NCBI GenBank assembly: GCA_965644295.1
Contig: CBFFRP010000129.1
Span: forward strand, 1-64,000
Direction: 5' to 3'
DNA from: Paraphysomonas bandaiensis
Taxonomy: Eukaryota > Protista > Chrysophyceae
DNA length: 64,000 nucleotides
Of the stretch, positions 11,241 to 23,600 are shown one piece after another. The position numbers and the translations under genes were made by a program. The stretch's first letter is position 1. Every line of letters begins with the position of its first letter. The notes under the pieces are model-generated. The model worked only from the letters and a program-made list of their open reading frames with translations, was not told the origin of the DNA and did no database searches.

Positions 11241-14200
11241 ATGCAAGCCCTTGTCACATCCTGTCTAGCAGGCGATCCTGAGAGTCGCAATCAGTTAGAA
11301 TCCTTGCTGACAGACTCTAATTTCTGGCCCATCGCTCTACCTGCTCTGCAGTCCTTCCAAGACCCTCTGCACCTTAATCTGACGCTTATCCTCATACACC
11401 GCCGGTTAAACGTATCCTCTATCGATGGAGTCGATGTCAATGAACTCATTCATCAACTGCTGCTCCTGATGGACAGATGTATGGGATATATGGCAGCTGT
11501 AAGGGCCTTATCGAAGTGCTTATCTCACATCACTGTACTTATGAGTGACATGCGTGCTGTTATCGAACATATTTTGAGAGAGTCGTCGAATTATCCCTTA
11601 TTTTCTCTCTGTTTTTTATCTGATGTTGGTGTGATGGCTGCTGATCATCCGGATGTATCAAAGAAAGATTTATCAGGTTCTTAGTGCATATGGCAGAGAC
11701 ACGTTGCCCTTTGATTTCACTTTTGTAGGGCTGGGTAATGAAGTAGTAAATTTTAGTTTACAGTACATCGGTGAACCTGACATTTCGGATGAAGTTTTTT
11801 CCGCTGCCATTCTTTGTCTCCAGAGCTGGATAGGGGCGAGGCTGCTTACAGAAGATAGTCTCTTCGGAACTGGGGCCCTAGATATTGTCTTACGACGCGC
11901 GGTGTTGCGGTGTCACCACGACATGATAGCAAGTGCATTGGCAGAGCTCTGTGATGATTTACTTACTGCAGCTGTAGATGATATGAAAAAAAGCAATGAC
12001 GTACCTGTTATAAATCAGTTCGCTAATTCGCCAAGTATTATACTGCTGACGCACAAAGCAGTAGAGTCTATATCGACGTCTCTCATTACGGCAATAGCGG
12101 ATAGTACTGCGGAAATGAAAAGGGTGGTAGGAGGACTAGAGTTCAGTCAAACCACACACTCGTGTGTACGGGTGCTTGCTGCAAGTCTAAAATTGGTACT
12201 CTCGGTCTCCCCGAACCCGTTCAGATCTTTCTGCGAGCAGCACACACGCCCCGCAGATACACCCGTAATGCGAGTGCTTGAACTCCTCTGCGACGCTGCA
12301 AGCAGCAGACATATTGCTATTGCTGTTGTAGCCATGGAGGTACGTCATATCTTTCCTCAGTGCTGGTTTGATAAATACATTTTGTGGTCTAGGCCATCTG
12401 CTGTGCTCAGGCTCGCATGCCGACGGAGCCTAAGCACTCAATCAAGGACCAAGGAATTTTCAGAGAAATTGCTAAAGCTTGTCTGCATCACTGCTGTAGA
12501 ACTTTGTCTTGCGATTTTGATGAGTCTGTTATAGGTATTACGCACAATATATCCATCACATATCTTGTAGTTGGTTGTGTTCTGAAACACGAGTTTGACA
12601 CTTTGCTGCTATTTTGGTACTTATGAGAAGTGCGTAGATTCGGAAGAATGGCTAATGCACCGGGAGCAAGTTGTGTGTGAAACGTTTCGTTCCTGTTATG
12701 TGGAGATGAGAGCTGAAGCCTTGCAGGTCAGTGAGTAAGTATTGCTTGTGTGATCGACTAATAGTCTTTAAACAGCTAGCTGTGGAAGGCATCAATCGCC
12801 TGTTGGGTGCTGGAAGTGGTGATATTGATCGTGATGCATCGGTATTATCTGGCTATTTGCGAGCAGTGCGCAGTGCATGTATTGATCTCTCCAAACGATC
12901 CCAGCTTGTTGGTGTCAGTGAGTCCGCCCTTTTCAATGCCTCCAAGGCAGGGCGGAGCGCAGAATCTCCCACAGCGATCAGAGAGGACGCGGAACGCACG
13001 TGCACACTACTTGTGGGCTTATTGCAGGGTCTGATGAGAGAACGTAAGAGCCACCAAGCCATTGGACACCATGAGACTGTATCCGAATGTGTAACTCTGA
13101 CTGGGTCATTGGCAGCTTGGATCAACCGTGGTAAATATCCCAAAAGCTCGCCAGAATCTCCACAGACTGGTGAGGTATTTTCACATCTGAGCGATGATGT
13201 GTTGGATTATATTTTAGCCGGTTTGTCGACGCCACATACTTTTCCCGCCAGTGCATCTGCCTTGCGGTCCTTCTGTTCTCATTGTGGAAAGCGTATTGCC
13301 ACGAATGCTGCCTACGTGGATGCCATCCTTGATATGTGGCGAGGTCTCTGTTCCAGTGACCAGAGGAATCTCAGGATGCATATTTCATCAGCGCAAACTA
13401 GTGTTGGTGAATGGGGAAATAGTTACAGAGAAGAAGATGCGGACGTCCTGCTGGAGGTCCAAAAATGTATTGTACAGGCTATTAGCATGGTACTGAAGCA
13501 TGCACCAAGTGAAGTTATTTATCAGTATGCTTCTGTCTTGATGCAGCCTGTACTGGACATAATTGCACGAGGAATGACGACTACTGAAACAGATAGATCA
13601 GCGGTTGAAATGGATATGATAGCCATGACGACTTTATTCACAATGTTCATTCGGTCTATACGTGTGCCGCTGCCATCATCTTCAGATAAAGATTCAGGTG
13701 TGGCCTCATACAAGCATGTTCATCCTGCTCTGGAGCTGATGGATTCATGTGGTCATTCCCTTTTACAGCGTATGCTCCAGCTATATCCCACAAGTGCGGT
13801 GGCAGAGTCAGTATGCTTCCTCTGTACCTCAATGATTACATTTGTATCACCCTTGCTCAGGCCAGTAGAACTGCCTTCTTTTTGTGTGCTGCTGTACAAT
13901 AGTCATGTCCAAATTGCCAGCCAATATAACCCCGCCAGCGCATGCGAGTTTGCCTGTGAATTACTGGAAGTGGTCGGCGGTACTTACCACTACCAGCACG
14001 TAAAAGCATTATTTCAGTCATCGTTTGGGGAAGAGTACAGCCCTGAAGTTATGCAAGGCTTAGAAGATATACTAGTAAGGGTGGTTCAAGGAGTGTGTTT
14101 TCCATGTTTGTCTGCCTTTGAAGAAGTTTCCCGAATGCCGGAGAGTATAGCACGCTCGGAGTGGATCACTTCTCGTCAAGCTATACTGTCATGTCCTTTG

Positions 14201-14988
14201 GATAGTTTTGAACTCACTTTTTCGGTCATATGTAAGGTATTAGATAATGTCCGTAGCATGGTACATAGATTGCCGTGGCTAGAGGCGGCATTGAGAACGG
14301 CGCTGATGTTGATGGCCGATGTGTATGGGAGGTCTTCTCTGTCACTGTCAGCCTGTCGCTGCCTTCAGTCTCTGGTAAGTATGATCAGAATGACATGTAT
14401 TTTTACCTTAATTTGATTTTAATATCATGTATGTGTGCAGATCACCTCAAGGTCGAAAGCTGAGGAGAGTCGAAAAATGTTTGCTGACCCTGCTATATCG
14501 GCCCCTCGCTTCGCAGAGTGGGAGGTATTCATAATTCACGCTGCGGTAAATCTGAGACAAGTTATAGCTACTGAGTGTCTGGTGCAGCTCGCTAGTGAAG
14601 ATAGGACGACTGTGAGTGAGGTTATGACCGAAACTTATGCTGGGCTGTTGCATATATGTTTAGTTGACATGAAAGTGTCTTCTGGATCCGAAAGAATTAG
14701 CGCAGATGAGGTAAGGTGGTAGTGTTGTTGGTGTATGATTTAAGTGGTGTGTGTTTCATATTTCAGGTCGCACATGTGGCACGCTGTCGTAACGTGTCTT
14801 CTATACCTCCGGTCGAATTAAGTCGCGCCCTGAACATCATCGACCGCTTGGTCTCCCCAGTGAGAGAAGGTGAAGCACATATGCTTGTCATGTCTAGCGA
14901 GATGCTGGATTTTTGTAAATCCATTGCTGATGTTGTGAGTGGAAAAAGTTCATTGAATACATTAGTCGAATATCAGCTACCGAATTAA
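11241..14988 (+). CDS. Importin-beta superfamily HEAT/ARM-repeat protein (transportin-3/importin-13-like), divergent; multi-exon
   Basis: About 1000-aa helical Leu-rich protein assembled from ORFs 11241..11684, 11653..12534, 12731..14416, 14435..14722 and 14716..14988; motifs CLQSWI, TGSLAAWI, ASASALRSFCSHC. Confidence 0.55.
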
Positions 14989-15417
14989 GTACTATCTGAT
15001 CCATTAGTACTAATGCATAGTTTTCCCAAGATATATTTTTTCGTTTACGTTATTGCATATGTTCGTGCCTTCGAAAGACTGTAAATTTCTTTTGTAATTA
15101 TACTTTTTCAATCCGATTAAAAATGCTGCGTTAACGCGCTTGTGTTTTCCAGCTCCAATGGAATTAAACGCATATAACCAAGGATTAAGTTATAGATATT
15201 TCTTGGTCAGTGACGATATATAATGCCAATGCATCATAATAAGTGGACTTGTAAGGAAGTGTTGTCACCTATACTTGTCACACAAGTACACTACATATAT
15301 TTCCATATATGGACCTCACGTAATGTAGCGTAGTATTACTCGAAATACAAAGCACAGTGAGTATAATTTTCGTTTTCAGAGGGAAAGTATTGTACAGTAT
15401 TCTCACATTGGACTGGA

Positions 15418-15447
15418 CATATATCGTCAGCAGATATTGCTCTGCCC
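15418..15447 (+). repeat. Short fragment of dispersed repeat family R1
   Basis: CATATATCGTCAGCAGATATTGCTCTGCCC matches the R1 segment at about 15735-15764 and 19950-19974. Confidence 0.6.
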
Positions 15448-15705
15448 CAGCAGGGCTGCTCAACAAATTGCAGTTATGAGTTATAGCTCGCCCAATTATA
15501 ATTGCAATTAATTGCCAATTAATTGCAATTTAATTGTGCCAATTATTGTCTAAATAAATTGAAACTCATTACAAGCGAGAATAGCTTCTTCAACCGTTCT
15601 TGCATTCCACAGAAGTCTAATAAAGCGCAAGAGCATAAGGGCCTCTAATCGATGAGGTGCTATAGATTTGTGCAGATCATTTATGTTGATTTTTCTCATT
15701 CATTT

Positions 15706-16087
15706 AGATTTCCCCGAGAAACTAACGTGAGCCGCATATATAGTCAGCAGATATTGTTCTGCCCACTTATAGCCAAATGCTTCTTGTGGTACAAGGGACA
15801 CTAATTAGTGTCACTTGAGCATACATCTTTGGACCTTGACGAATAAACAGGCATCTGGGAATGGACCCACCTCAAGAACATCCGGGGTATTGGGCTGTCT
15901 CCTGAAATCTAGCATCCGGGATGCTCACCTTCAGGACAGAGAGCGAAAGGGGTTGCACCTTGGTGTTTGCGGTGACGCACAAGCAGCTTTCGTAGGATAT
16001 CAGAATTGAGCACTAGTTAGTTAAATTGTTTTGCAAATTAGTTCTTACTATTGAACGCTTATTGCTAATAATCAGACATTCACTATT
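15706..16087 (+). mobile_element. Dispersed repeat R1 copy A (SINE-like or 5'-truncated non-LTR element; internal deletion)
   Basis: Aligns with copies at 19795-20154+25510-25769, 42233-42582 and 56653-57121(-); ends in TATTGCTAATAATCAGACATTCACTA. Confidence 0.8.
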
Positions 16088-16248
16088 GAACTGGACTGCT
16101 GTAGAGCGATAATTTAGAGACTTTACTCATTCTTTGTTCTTTATTAATTTATATAAGTTCAAGCGTATTATATTTTATATATCTCCATTCAAGTTTGTTC
16201 CACGCTGTCACGCAAGAAAATTTCCTATACCTCTTACTAAATACTACT

Positions 16249-16292
16249 TTCTGACTCTTACACGCCTAGCTAATAATACAACATTCACTACT
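16249..16292 (+). repeat. Isolated 3'-terminal fragment of R1
   Basis: TTCTGACTCTTACACGCCTAGCTAATAATACAACATTCACTACT matches the R1 3' end at about 25723-25768. Confidence 0.65.
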
Positions 16293-16445
16293 GAAACTGC
16301 CTATCGAGCACAGAATAATTAAGATAAAACTCATGGTATAAGTTAATGAAGAACAAGGCGAGAAAACAGCTGTGACACATGCCTTATCACAATGCTCCGA
16401 TTTCTCACAACATGATCATACATGAAATTACTAAGTTTACTACCA

Positions 16446-17734
16446 CTACATAGAAATACACATATTCTTGTGATAAAAATACCCGCAAAAACGCTTTTTC
16501 GCATACCCTGAAAAATCAAAATCAATATTTGAGCATGAAGCCTGGACAAGTGCCCAGGATCCCCAAAACAAATGTGACAACAGGGTAAATCTCATTATTG
16601 TATCCTACGAGATACAGCAAGTAAGCGTTAGTGTACGGACAGAAAAAAGAGTATCGACTCACATCAAGTCCATCCAGAAACTCTCTTGAAATTCCTTGTG
16701 TGGAGTCGACTTTTAGTACAGAGCACGTATATTCTTCTAGAAACAACCGGCGAGTGCCCTCTTTATTCGGAAATTTGTTTTCGATATCGAAGTCAAATCC
16801 AGCATGCTCTGTGTAGAATGCGTGTCATTAGCGCACACAATATGCTACGTTTCTACGACTTACCGCAAAAATGGTTGGCGATGTCAAAAGCACGGTAATT
16901 GTAACAGACATACTCATAGTCAATGATAGTCAGCTTCGGTTCTGCAGTTGGAGATTTATTATGTCGGAGCACATTTCCAGAGAGAAGATCATTGTGACAA
17001 AGCACAGACTGGAATCCGAATACACAGCCGCGACTATATTCCATTGAGTCTGTATGTTCATTCTGTCTCTTGTGGAACTCCCCCAGTGCAGATTCCAGCC
17101 ACTCACGTTCCTTGATCATGACATTCAGGTCCATACCAGAACACACCAAAGAGAGTCGACCGTCGTTTAATGCTTCTAAAATCCCAAAATACATCAGCAA
17201 TTACACAACTAAACGCTAAGTATTACCTTTAGCTAACGAAAAAAAGTTATCTAACTTACTCCATATCGCAACTGAGTGGTCCATGTCGATATCAACGGTA
17301 TGCAAATTCGCCAAGGCTTTCGCGATGCACGGGACCATATCTGAGGAAGAAAAGTCATCTGGAGAAAGTGAAGTAGCATCCAGATATCCTTCAACACGCC
17401 CGTTTCCAAACAAACCGATAAATGGAGGAGCAACGCCTACTTTAGACAGAGAGGCAAATATAAAATTCTCTATATTTCTATCAATAAACAGATCTGTTCC
17501 TTCTCCGAACATACGGACAACAAACTGCTCTGAAGATGAATCTTCCTGAGGCCTTACAAGGTACAGCTCGTTCGTGATTCCCCCTGTTAGAGGAGATACA
17601 CGCAGTGGTGTATCTAGAGACCACCCGAGCATCTTACACACGCCCTCTGCTATAGATTTCTCGATATTCTCAGGTGATTTATCCACACAATGGTCAAGAA
17701 TAGCATCAGGATTGTTACGATAAAACTCTGCCAT
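16446..17734 (-). CDS. Choline/ethanolamine kinase; 4 exons
   Basis: LTGGITN, VVRMFGEGT, Brenner motif CHNDLLSGNVL, IIDYEY..YNYRAFDIANHF, SHLFWGSWALVQ..IDFDF..YAKKRF; stop TAG at 16446-16448. Confidence 0.92.
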
Positions 17735-18274
17735 TGTATGGAGGGTATGAGGGATATGATTTCTATATGACAGTTGAGAGATATGGTTATCTATATGGCC
17801 CTACACACACATACACATACACATACACTCTGGAGTCTGGACCTTTCTCGAAGTACTGCTATAGGCTAGAGATGTACTCTCTGCTGCACAGTACTGGTGC
17901 AGGTGCCTATAAACTCATTTTATTGATCAATAAATTCAAAAAAATATTAGGAAAAACAAACTTTTTATATAAAATAGGAATATTAGACTTTCTGTGGGTC
18001 AAAAAATGGGTATTACTAGTTTAGTAGGGTTGGTATAGCAGTTTGTAGAACTATGTAGGTGGCTGGTAAAAAAAAAAAAAAACTATCCTACACAACAGAA
18101 CAGCATTTCTTTCAGTTTTCAGTTTTCAGTTTCTAGTTGGCTTTTGAAGATCGCAAAGATAAATGTGGTGTCAAGTGTGTGTGTAGTTTTATGTGAGATA
18201 AGAGTGAGCTCGACATGAACCTGAAGCTCTTAATATCATTGTTGTGAAGGCTCAGTTGCTTGTGATTAAGAAAT

Positions 18275-19476
18275 ATGGCAATTGGTAAGCACTTTATTTA
18301 ACTGTTATTATGATGGCGTAATTATCATGCTATCAGGTAAGAACAAGAGGCTTACAAAGAGCCGCAAGGGCGGAAAGAAGAAGGCGTAAGTTATTAATCT
18401 ATAGCTGTGTTAGTCTCTGTCTCTTATATGTATACCTTCATATCAGTGTCGACCCATTCAGCCGTAAGGAGACCTACAGCGTGAAGGCTCCTTCCATGTT
18501 TTCTACTCGTAATGCTGGAAGAACTATTATCACTAAGACCATTGGCACAAGTTAGTTATCTTAGTGTGTGCTACTGTGTGTATTCATCCATTATTTTTCC
18601 ACAGAGATTGCATCAGAGGGACTTAAGGGCCGTGTCTTCGAGATTTCTCTTGCTGATCTTAATGGTGGTGATGAAGCCCAGGGCTACCGCAAGATCAAGC
18701 TTGTATGCGAGGATGTCAATGGATATGATGTTCTTACCAACTTCCATGGCATGGACATTACCCGCGACAAACTGTGCTCTATGATTAGAAAGTGGCAGAC
18801 TCTTATTGAGGCCTTTGTTGACGTCCGCACCACGGATGGCTACTACCTCCGCCTCTTCTGCATTGGCTTCACTAAGAAGCAGAGCAACCAGCAGGCTAAG
18901 TCCACTTGCTACGCCCAGTCCGGCCAGGTCCGCGCTATCCGCAGAAAGATGTTCGACATCATGACTGAGGAGGCCTCCAAGTGCGATCTCAAGGAGCTTG
19001 TCCAGAAATTGTACGTATAATTATGTGTACATGTATGCACACATACACCGCTATTGCAGTCTATTCTGCCACAGATGTCATCTATTCCGTGATGATTACT
19101 TCTATTTGCCATGGACTGCAGACATAATACGACATTTTAGGAACCTAGTAGTGATTTATATGATCTATCGAGGGCCAAAAGTGTCATACATACATTTCAC
19201 GAACAATATTTACTGTGTTTGATCTAACGGATTTTTGTGTATAGTATCTCTATGCCTGAATCTATTGGATTGGAAATTGAGAAGGCTTGCCAGTCCATCT
19301 TCCCTCTGCAGAACGTATGCATTCGCAAGGTTAAGGTCCTCAGAAAGCCCAAGTTTGACCTTGTTAAACTGATGGAGCTCCATGGCGATTCTGGGGAGGA
19401 CACTGGAGCCGCTTTGGACAAGGCTGCTGCTGAGACTACCGTGAAGGCCCTCACTGGCTCTGGCGGCAGACTTTAA
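18275..19476 (+). CDS. RPS3A: 40S ribosomal protein S3a (eS1); exons 18275-18284, 18337-18385, 18447-18550, 18605-19010, 19245-19476
   Basis: MAIGKNKRL..., [62 protein letters not shown]. Confidence 0.97.
19055..19193 (+). ncRNA. Intronic box H/ACA snoRNA, snR34/SNORA65(U65)-like
   Basis: Hairpin 1 (TGCAGTCTA/TGGACTGCA), H box ACATAA at 19122-19127, hairpin 2 (GACATTTT/AAAGTGTC), ACA at 19188-19190. Pockets are complementary to LSU rRNA UGGC-U-U-GUGGCAG and GGC-U-C-UUCCUA, each 14 nt from its box. Confidence 0.88.
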
Positions 19477-19794
19477 GCTCTTTAGAGTGTTACTATTGTC
19501 ACATACACTTTTTTGGAATCTAGATTTCAAGCGCAGCCGTAATTAATCACAACACATTCAAAGACTTTTTCTATGTATCGTTTCTATTGACTGCAACATA
19601 TACTAATTCTACGTCTCCAGTCCTTATGCTTACATCATGTGCGAAAGCTACTACTCCTCTCCTAAAAATACTCTGAAGCTATTATTAATTATTAGTAGTA
19701 GCTGAATGGAAATATCATTGGTGTGTTGCACTTATCACTTACAATTCGGAAGTGTATTACATATTTCGACATTGTAAGATTCAAATGCAGTGGT

Positions 19795-20154
19795 CATTAG
19801 CACAACCACGGGGTACTCTATGACGAAACTATGCATCAGCGCAACCACAGGGCACCCTCAACAAAGTCGAACTCGAGCATTTTCGTGGTGTTCTGGGGGA
19901 TAAGTACAGGAGATGTTTCTTCGGGAAACTAACGTGAGCCGCATACAATATGGACAGCAGATATTGTTCTGCCCACTCACAGCCAAAAACGCTTGTATGG
20001 TACAAGGGACACTAATTAGTGCCATTTGTTTAGAGTGTAGACGTCATTGGGCCCTGACGAATAAACAAGCATCCGGGGAATGGGCCCACCTTAAGGGCAC
20101 CCGGGGTATTGGGCTGCCTACTGAAGTCAAGCATCCGGGATGTTCACCTTACAC
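19795..20154 (+). mobile_element. Dispersed repeat R1 copy B, 5' part (split by copia insertion)
   Basis: Longest 5' extent of R1, with an imperfect 39-bp tandem unit at its start; continues at 25510 after the LTR element. Confidence 0.8.
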
Positions 20155-20474
20155 TGTTAGAAATAGACATTTTTAGTAATAAGACCTTTGTTAACACTTA
20201 TATGGAATATTATATAATTATAAGAGATACCATACTTCATTCATTGACGTTCACCAACTCTTTCTATCTCTACTACACCAACCATTTCTAGTACGATCTT
20301 ACATCGTCACTATCTTGTACAGTCAGTATATTTCAGTTTTATCACTACAATGGCTATCATATTATTGGTTCTCATACTACAGCTAGCTACTACTGTATTC
20401 TTTGAGTAACGGATATAATTCTAATATCTTGGAAACTACAGCTTTTAATTGCTCACAAACAGCAAAACTCAACA
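20155..20474 (-). repeat. 3' LTR (320 bp)
   Basis: TGTTAG...CTCAACA; no difference found by eye from 25185-25504. Confidence 0.95.
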
Positions 20475-20483
20475 CTCCCTCTC
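20475..20483 (-). other. Polypurine tract GAGAGGGAG
   Basis: Purine run on the minus strand directly abutting the 3' LTR. Confidence 0.85.
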
Positions 20484-20601
20484 AATTCAAAGCTGTAACA
20501 CATGGCATAACTGACGGATACGCAACCACCGAAACCGTATAGGACAAACCGGTGGACGTATGGCTCCGACGTTTCAGCTAGCCTCTCCGTAGACAACACG
20601 T

Positions 20602-23600
20602 TTATGAGCCTCTGTTTCGTTTGTATGAATTCTCTCTGATGACATCCACAGATGACTTCTGATCTTCTCCTAGACATCTCTTTCTATGCTTCTCGTATAT
20701 AACGCCACACAAAGATTTCGTAAATATGTCTGCAGTCTGGTTATCAGTTCCAACGTGATACAATATCGCAGTGTTAAAACGTCCTTCTGGATCTACATGT
20801 TCACGCACCCAGTGGTATTTGATTTCAATGTGTTTTGATCTTTTGTGGAACACTGGATTTAATGCTAGATCACGAGCACTCTGGCTATCTAAAAAAAATG
20901 GAGTGGGTTCGTACAGTCGAAGTCCCAATTCGGCCAACACCCCCCGAAGCCACACCAGTTCTTGCATGCCAGCGTACATAGCTTGGTACTCACTCTGCAT
21001 TGAAGACGTAGACACAGTAACTTGTAAGATTGATTGCCAGGTGAGTGGTCCACCTGCTGCAAACACAATGTATCCAGTTGTCGACCTTCGTGACACAGTA
21101 TCGCCTGCCCAGTCAGCGTCTGTGAAAATATGCATGTCAAAGCTCTTACCACTGAACCGAATACCTTTCCGCACAGTACCCCTGATGTATTGTAACAAAT
21201 AAGTCATCAACTTGCATGTAGCCTTTGTTGGTTTCGAAGCATATCGTGACAATAGGCCAACAGCATACGCAATATCTGGACGCGTATTCATTGATAGATA
21301 TAGCATGGCACCTAGTAAGCTACGATAGGGATAATTGTCGACTCCCTCTTCCTCCTGAGATGAGTTCTCACTATCAGTGCAATTAATCCTGTCCATGGCA
21401 TCTACAGGTAGTGGGGATTTGCGAACTTTGTTTGAAGGTCCAAGGAATGCTGCATATTTGGTGAGAATTTTTTCAGCGTATGTCGATTGGTCAAGTTGAA
21501 TATAATTCTTGGTCCTTGTAACTCGAACGTTGAGAAAATGCTCTAATTCTCCCATGTCTGACATGTCAAATCTTTCACAAAACCGTTTCTTGATTTCTGT
21601 CAAAATAGTCAGATCCGCACAAGCGATTACTATATCATCAACGTATATGGTTAAGTACACACGATGACCTTTGTACATCATATAATATAGACATGGTTCT
21701 AAAATGCAGGGTTTGAATCCCAAAGACTTTATAAATCCATGTATGGTCTTCCACCATGAACGTGGAGAACTCCGAAGGCCATATAGTGAGCGATATAGTT
21801 TGAAACAGTGTCCTGGTGGCAACTGAAAATCGGGAGGAGGGTCCATGTACACGTCTCCTTCGATTTTAGCATAACAGAATGCATTCGACACGTCAAGTTG
21901 ATGGATGTGCATACTGTCCTTTGACCATATCCCAGAGCGACCAGACGAGCTTTATGCTTTTTTATTGATCCATCTTTATTGTATTTTCGTTTGAACACAT
22001 ATCTGGACTTTAGAGGTCTAACACCAGGTGGCGTCTCAACGACATTAAACACTTCCCGCTTGAATAATGCATTCCGTTCTAATCGTCTAGCTTCCTTCCA
22101 ATTTGAAGCTTCAGGACATGTCAATGACTCTTCATACGTCTCAGGCTCTCTCACCCAGGGTGGACACATTAGTCAACACCCTTCGGATTCGCGTACGTTT
22201 ACCACTGGTCTCCCTTGACTCAGCATGTACAGTACCACTATTCTCACTTGGCACACAAGAAGGTACATTCTCAAAGACACGATTCGCGCTGACCCCACTC
22301 GGTACAGCACCCGCACTACTCTCCGGCAAAGTACGAAGGGACATTCTCTTCCCTGGAATCTCATCCGCCGTAGACTTATTGGGCGTGTCACCCGAAGCCG
22401 GCGTAGATGACGATCCACCTCTCTTGTCGTCACAAGAACGAGGTTTTGAGTACAGCCTGCGGTTATAGTCACCAGTCAACTCGGCAATATCACGTACGTG
22501 AATAGGGACTTTTTCTTCTATCTGCTCTTTCCCAGCAGTTACTAGCGCCCTAAACGCCACAATTAGTCCTTTTCGCACCACAACTCTCGTAGTCTTGAAG
22601 AGAAACCCGTCGTCCACATGATACGAACCAATCAGATGTTTAAACTCTTCAACTGATCGATCTAATGGGTCAGTTTTGACTAAGGCCTCTTCAAGCTCTG
22701 CATAGTACTCCTTATCTCTTGGAGGTATACTTTCATCATACAGAACATGTACTGATACGACTTCTTTGTCACCAAGCCACACACGGGATCCCTTTTTCGT
22801 ATTGGATAGACCTATGAAATACCCAGTCTGCGACTTCTCCTGCCAGTCCTTTCGACGATCACCTTTGGGAATAAGCACATAAGCCTTGCACCCCCAGCGT
22901 CGAAATCTCGATAAGTCAGGGACTGAACCTCCTGGGACGCATTCCATTGGAGACATCCAACCTCGATATGTACGTGTAGGCATTCGTCGAACTATCATGC
23001 ATGCATATACATAAGCATCCCACCAAAAAATTACGGGTAATCCTGAGTCCATTAACAGAGCCAGAGTCATTTCTCCCAATGTTCGATTCCTACGCTCAGA
23101 TACACCATTCATCTCAGGGCTGTCTGTGGAGCTCCAAGTGATGCTAGTTCCAAACTTGCTCATTAAGTATTGCTGAATGGACTTGTCGATCAACTCAGCC
23201 CCCCCATCCGAATGGTACTGTATCAACCGGTGTGAACCGGGATATGTAGGGAGTTTACGCTCAACCCAGTCCTTCACGCAACTCAACACCTCATTCGCAG
23301 ACCGTGTCTCCAACGGATATTCCCAAAACTCCTTGGTGGCTATATCTGATAATGTCAGAACATATTTGTATCCTTGTCTGGATGGGCAATTGAAATATAC
23401 AGCAATGTCCACAGAAACCTTCTCAAGGAACTCTGTAGCTTGCAGTTCGTCATCTCTCTTTGCGGTGAATGATTTCCTTGTCATCTTTGATTTTGCGCAA
23501 GCTTTACAAATACCTTTCATTTTTCGTAAACTCTTCTTGCTGAGATGTCGTCGGGTTAATCCGCTCCCGGTAAAAAGTCTGTGTTTAAACGCTTCAATCA

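Noticed and set aside
19089-19230. Box C/D snoRNA (GTGATGA box C) in the RPS3A intron
   Set aside because: No CTGA box D; CTAAC is the branch point; the H/ACA fold with two matching rRNA targets explains the region better.
20060-20150. HDV-like ribozyme in the GC-rich core of R1 (GCCC-ACCTTAA-GGGC-ACCCGGGG)
   Set aside because: Could not build the nested double pseudoknot (no UCC-type L3, no convincing P2 or catalytic C); needs a descriptor search.
19913-20176. Short ORFs inside R1 copies as genes (also 15815..16009, 42073..42366, 56863..57147)
   Set aside because: Frames are not conserved between copies; they are repeat-derived.
21729-22169. Programmed frameshift or removable intron explaining the split copia pol
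   Set aside because: Conserved RT residues are physically absent, so neither recoding nor splicing of the present sequence can restore them.
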